NCBI GenBank assembly: GCA_040954595.2
Contig: CM082587.2
Span: 10,545,403 to 10,609,402, forward strand
DNA length: 64,000 nt
Direction: 5' to 3'
Source: Balanoglossus misakiensis
Taxonomy: Eukaryota; Animalia; Hemichordata
The translations under genes and the position numbers were made by a program. This document shows positions 62,507 through 64,000 of this stretch, one piece after another. The notes under the pieces are model-generated. The model saw nothing but the letters and a program-made list of their open reading frames with translations, ran no database searches and was not told where the DNA came from. Position 1 is the stretch's first letter. Each line of letters opens with the position of its first letter.

Positions 62507-63852
62507 CAGTAGTTGTAGTAGAAGGTGTTGTTGGCAACACAGTCACAACATCTCCTTCACACATCAAAGGGTTTGGATGGCTTGGTGTGAATCCATAGTC
62601 ACAACTGAATGACACTATAGAACCAATGTCGAAATCATTGCCATGTCTCTGACCGTTGACTGGTGTACCAGGATCTTGACATTCTCCTGAGGTCAAGAAG
62701 CAAAGTATCTTATCAATATTAAATCATCAACTCAGACAGAAGTCATTCCTTACAAAAACATTCTATATACATCATTCTACAGAATTCATTAGCCTTTTGA
62801 ATTTCTATATAAGTTTAAATAATTTCTATGGACATCTATATATTTGTATGTAGTTTTCGAAGTTGCTTAAAATGTTTTTCGGAAATAACGATGCAGTGAA
62901 ATACAAGAAAGTGAAAAAGTAGTAGTCGCAGTGTAACAGTCGCCTTTTTTGATATTGCGAAAATGTCTGGCCCAAAAATTCCCCATTTTACACTGTATTC
63001 AAACAACACATTGTGTGTGAATGTCATGAATTTCATCAGAGTATAACTATTATCAAACAGAAGTGATTGCTTCTCTGAAAGAAATATTCTTTTCTACGTT
63101 ACCCTGAGCAACACATCTTGGTCTGGTGCCATTCCATGTTCCATCTTCAGTGCAATATCTCCTGGTGTTACCAAGTGCTTCATATGCCATGTTACACTGG
63201 AGTGTAGCAACACTATCATACCAAGTGCCATCACTATTCCCATGAGCCATCTTCAATCGCAGTCAACAAACCACAGTCAACACCTAGAAATAATAATAGT
63301 GAGTTCTTATATAGCGCACATATTTTCTTTGAAGTATTGAAGCCTGTTTCTATTGAATTCTATAGAAATGATAGAATCTATAGAATGACAATTCAGAGTT
63401 TTGCCGTGGTGATCTTCGGTACAATATGCATTAAAGTTATGTAGCACTCTTTGATCAACAGTTGAAATTACAGCATGAGCTTGGAATCTTCCACGAGTGC
63501 ATCTGAAGAAGGGGACTACATGTTCCCGAAAGCTCATGCTGTAGTTTCAACTGTTGATCAAAGAGTGTTACATAACTTTAATGCGTATTGCAATCTATAG
63601 AATGCAAAAGAATTCTAAGGAATATAAGGTACAGCATTATTCATTCCTGTTACTTACGTTGACAGACAGGAGGAGAGGAATTCCATCGGTAATCACCATC
63701 TTGATTGCTGTAGGTACACACTCTGACATGGCTACCATATAAGTTGTATCCAATGTCACAACTATAGGTCACTTCACTCTGATAGTTGTAGTTGGGATCA
63801 TTGACCTCGTAGCTGCCATGATCAATACTCTCTGGTTCACTGCAGACAGCAG
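62507..63852 (-). CDS. Three Sushi/CCP exons (63658-63852, 63103-63283, 62507-62686)
   Basis: CSEPESIDHGSY..VTYSCDIGYNLYGSHVRVC..WNSSPPVC; VDCG..ATLQCNMAYEALGNTRRYCTEDGTWNGTRPRC (+1 frameshift at 63239-63241); ECQDPGTPVNG..VSFSCDYGF. Confidence 0.88.
63422..63590. repeat. Intronic palindrome/MITE-like inverted repeat
   Basis: CAATATGCATTAAAGTTATGTAGCACTCTTTGATCAACAGTTGAAATTACAGCATGAGCTT vs its near-perfect reverse complement 63529-63590. Confidence 0.75.
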
Positions 63853-64000
63853 CTGTAGAAAATACACGTAGAGTTGAGTTGAAGGAAGAGCCTGGGATAA
63901 ATCTGTAATCACTTTTTAAGGGACAAAGTCTCTCTCTCGCTGCCCTTTTTCCATTAATTATATTTAATACAAGACACCGTTTGTGTTATTCTACATGTGG

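Larger units (their letters stand above)
10846..63852 (-). pseudogene. Giant multi-exon SVEP1/uninflatable-like single-pass membrane protein gene (Sushi, mucin, expansin x3, HYR, GCC2/GCC3, EGF, pentraxin, TM); 5' end beyond window; apparently pseudogenised
   Basis: ~40 GT-AG exons with mostly compatible phases encoding recognisable Cys-patterned domains; disabled by 3 exonic TE insertions, frameshifts (~63240, ~58285, ~41943, ~24085), in-frame TGA 24077-24079, donor loss at 43075. Confidence 0.85.

Overview
Eukaryotic (metazoan, probably marine invertebrate; taxon is inference) genomic DNA. 1-4015 is an 86/82-bp satellite with a higher-order duplication, followed by decayed LINE fragments and MITEs. 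About 10.8-63.9 kb is the 3' part of a giant multi-exon minus-strand gene for a single-pass SVEP1/uninflatable-like membrane protein. Its domain order is Sushi, mucin, THREE complete expansin-like (DPBB+CBM63) modules, Sushi/HYR, GCC2-GCC3 repeats, EGF array, pentraxin/LamG, HYR, Sushi, SEA-like, GCC repeats, EGF, TM, NPxY tail. This copy looks pseudogenised, with several frameshifts/stops, a lost splice donor, and three transposons inserted inside exons. These are a near-intact tyrosine-recombinase Crypton-like element (16236-18665), a full-length intact CR1-type LINE (28041-32137) and a piggyBac (46414-56668), the last itself interrupted by an Academ-like foldback element with ~2.1-kb inverted arms (49546-54225). 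Two signals stand out. (1) The Crypton and three unrelated non-autonomous elements share a strand-specific terminal hairpin (CGAG/CGAG tandem GA mismatches) plus an internal inverted copy of the joined ends, suggesting integron-attC/CTXphi-like folded-ssDNA recombination. (2) Intron-containing, bacterial-type expansin modules sit in an animal cell-surface protein. All coordinates were read by eye, and exon edges may be off by a few bases.
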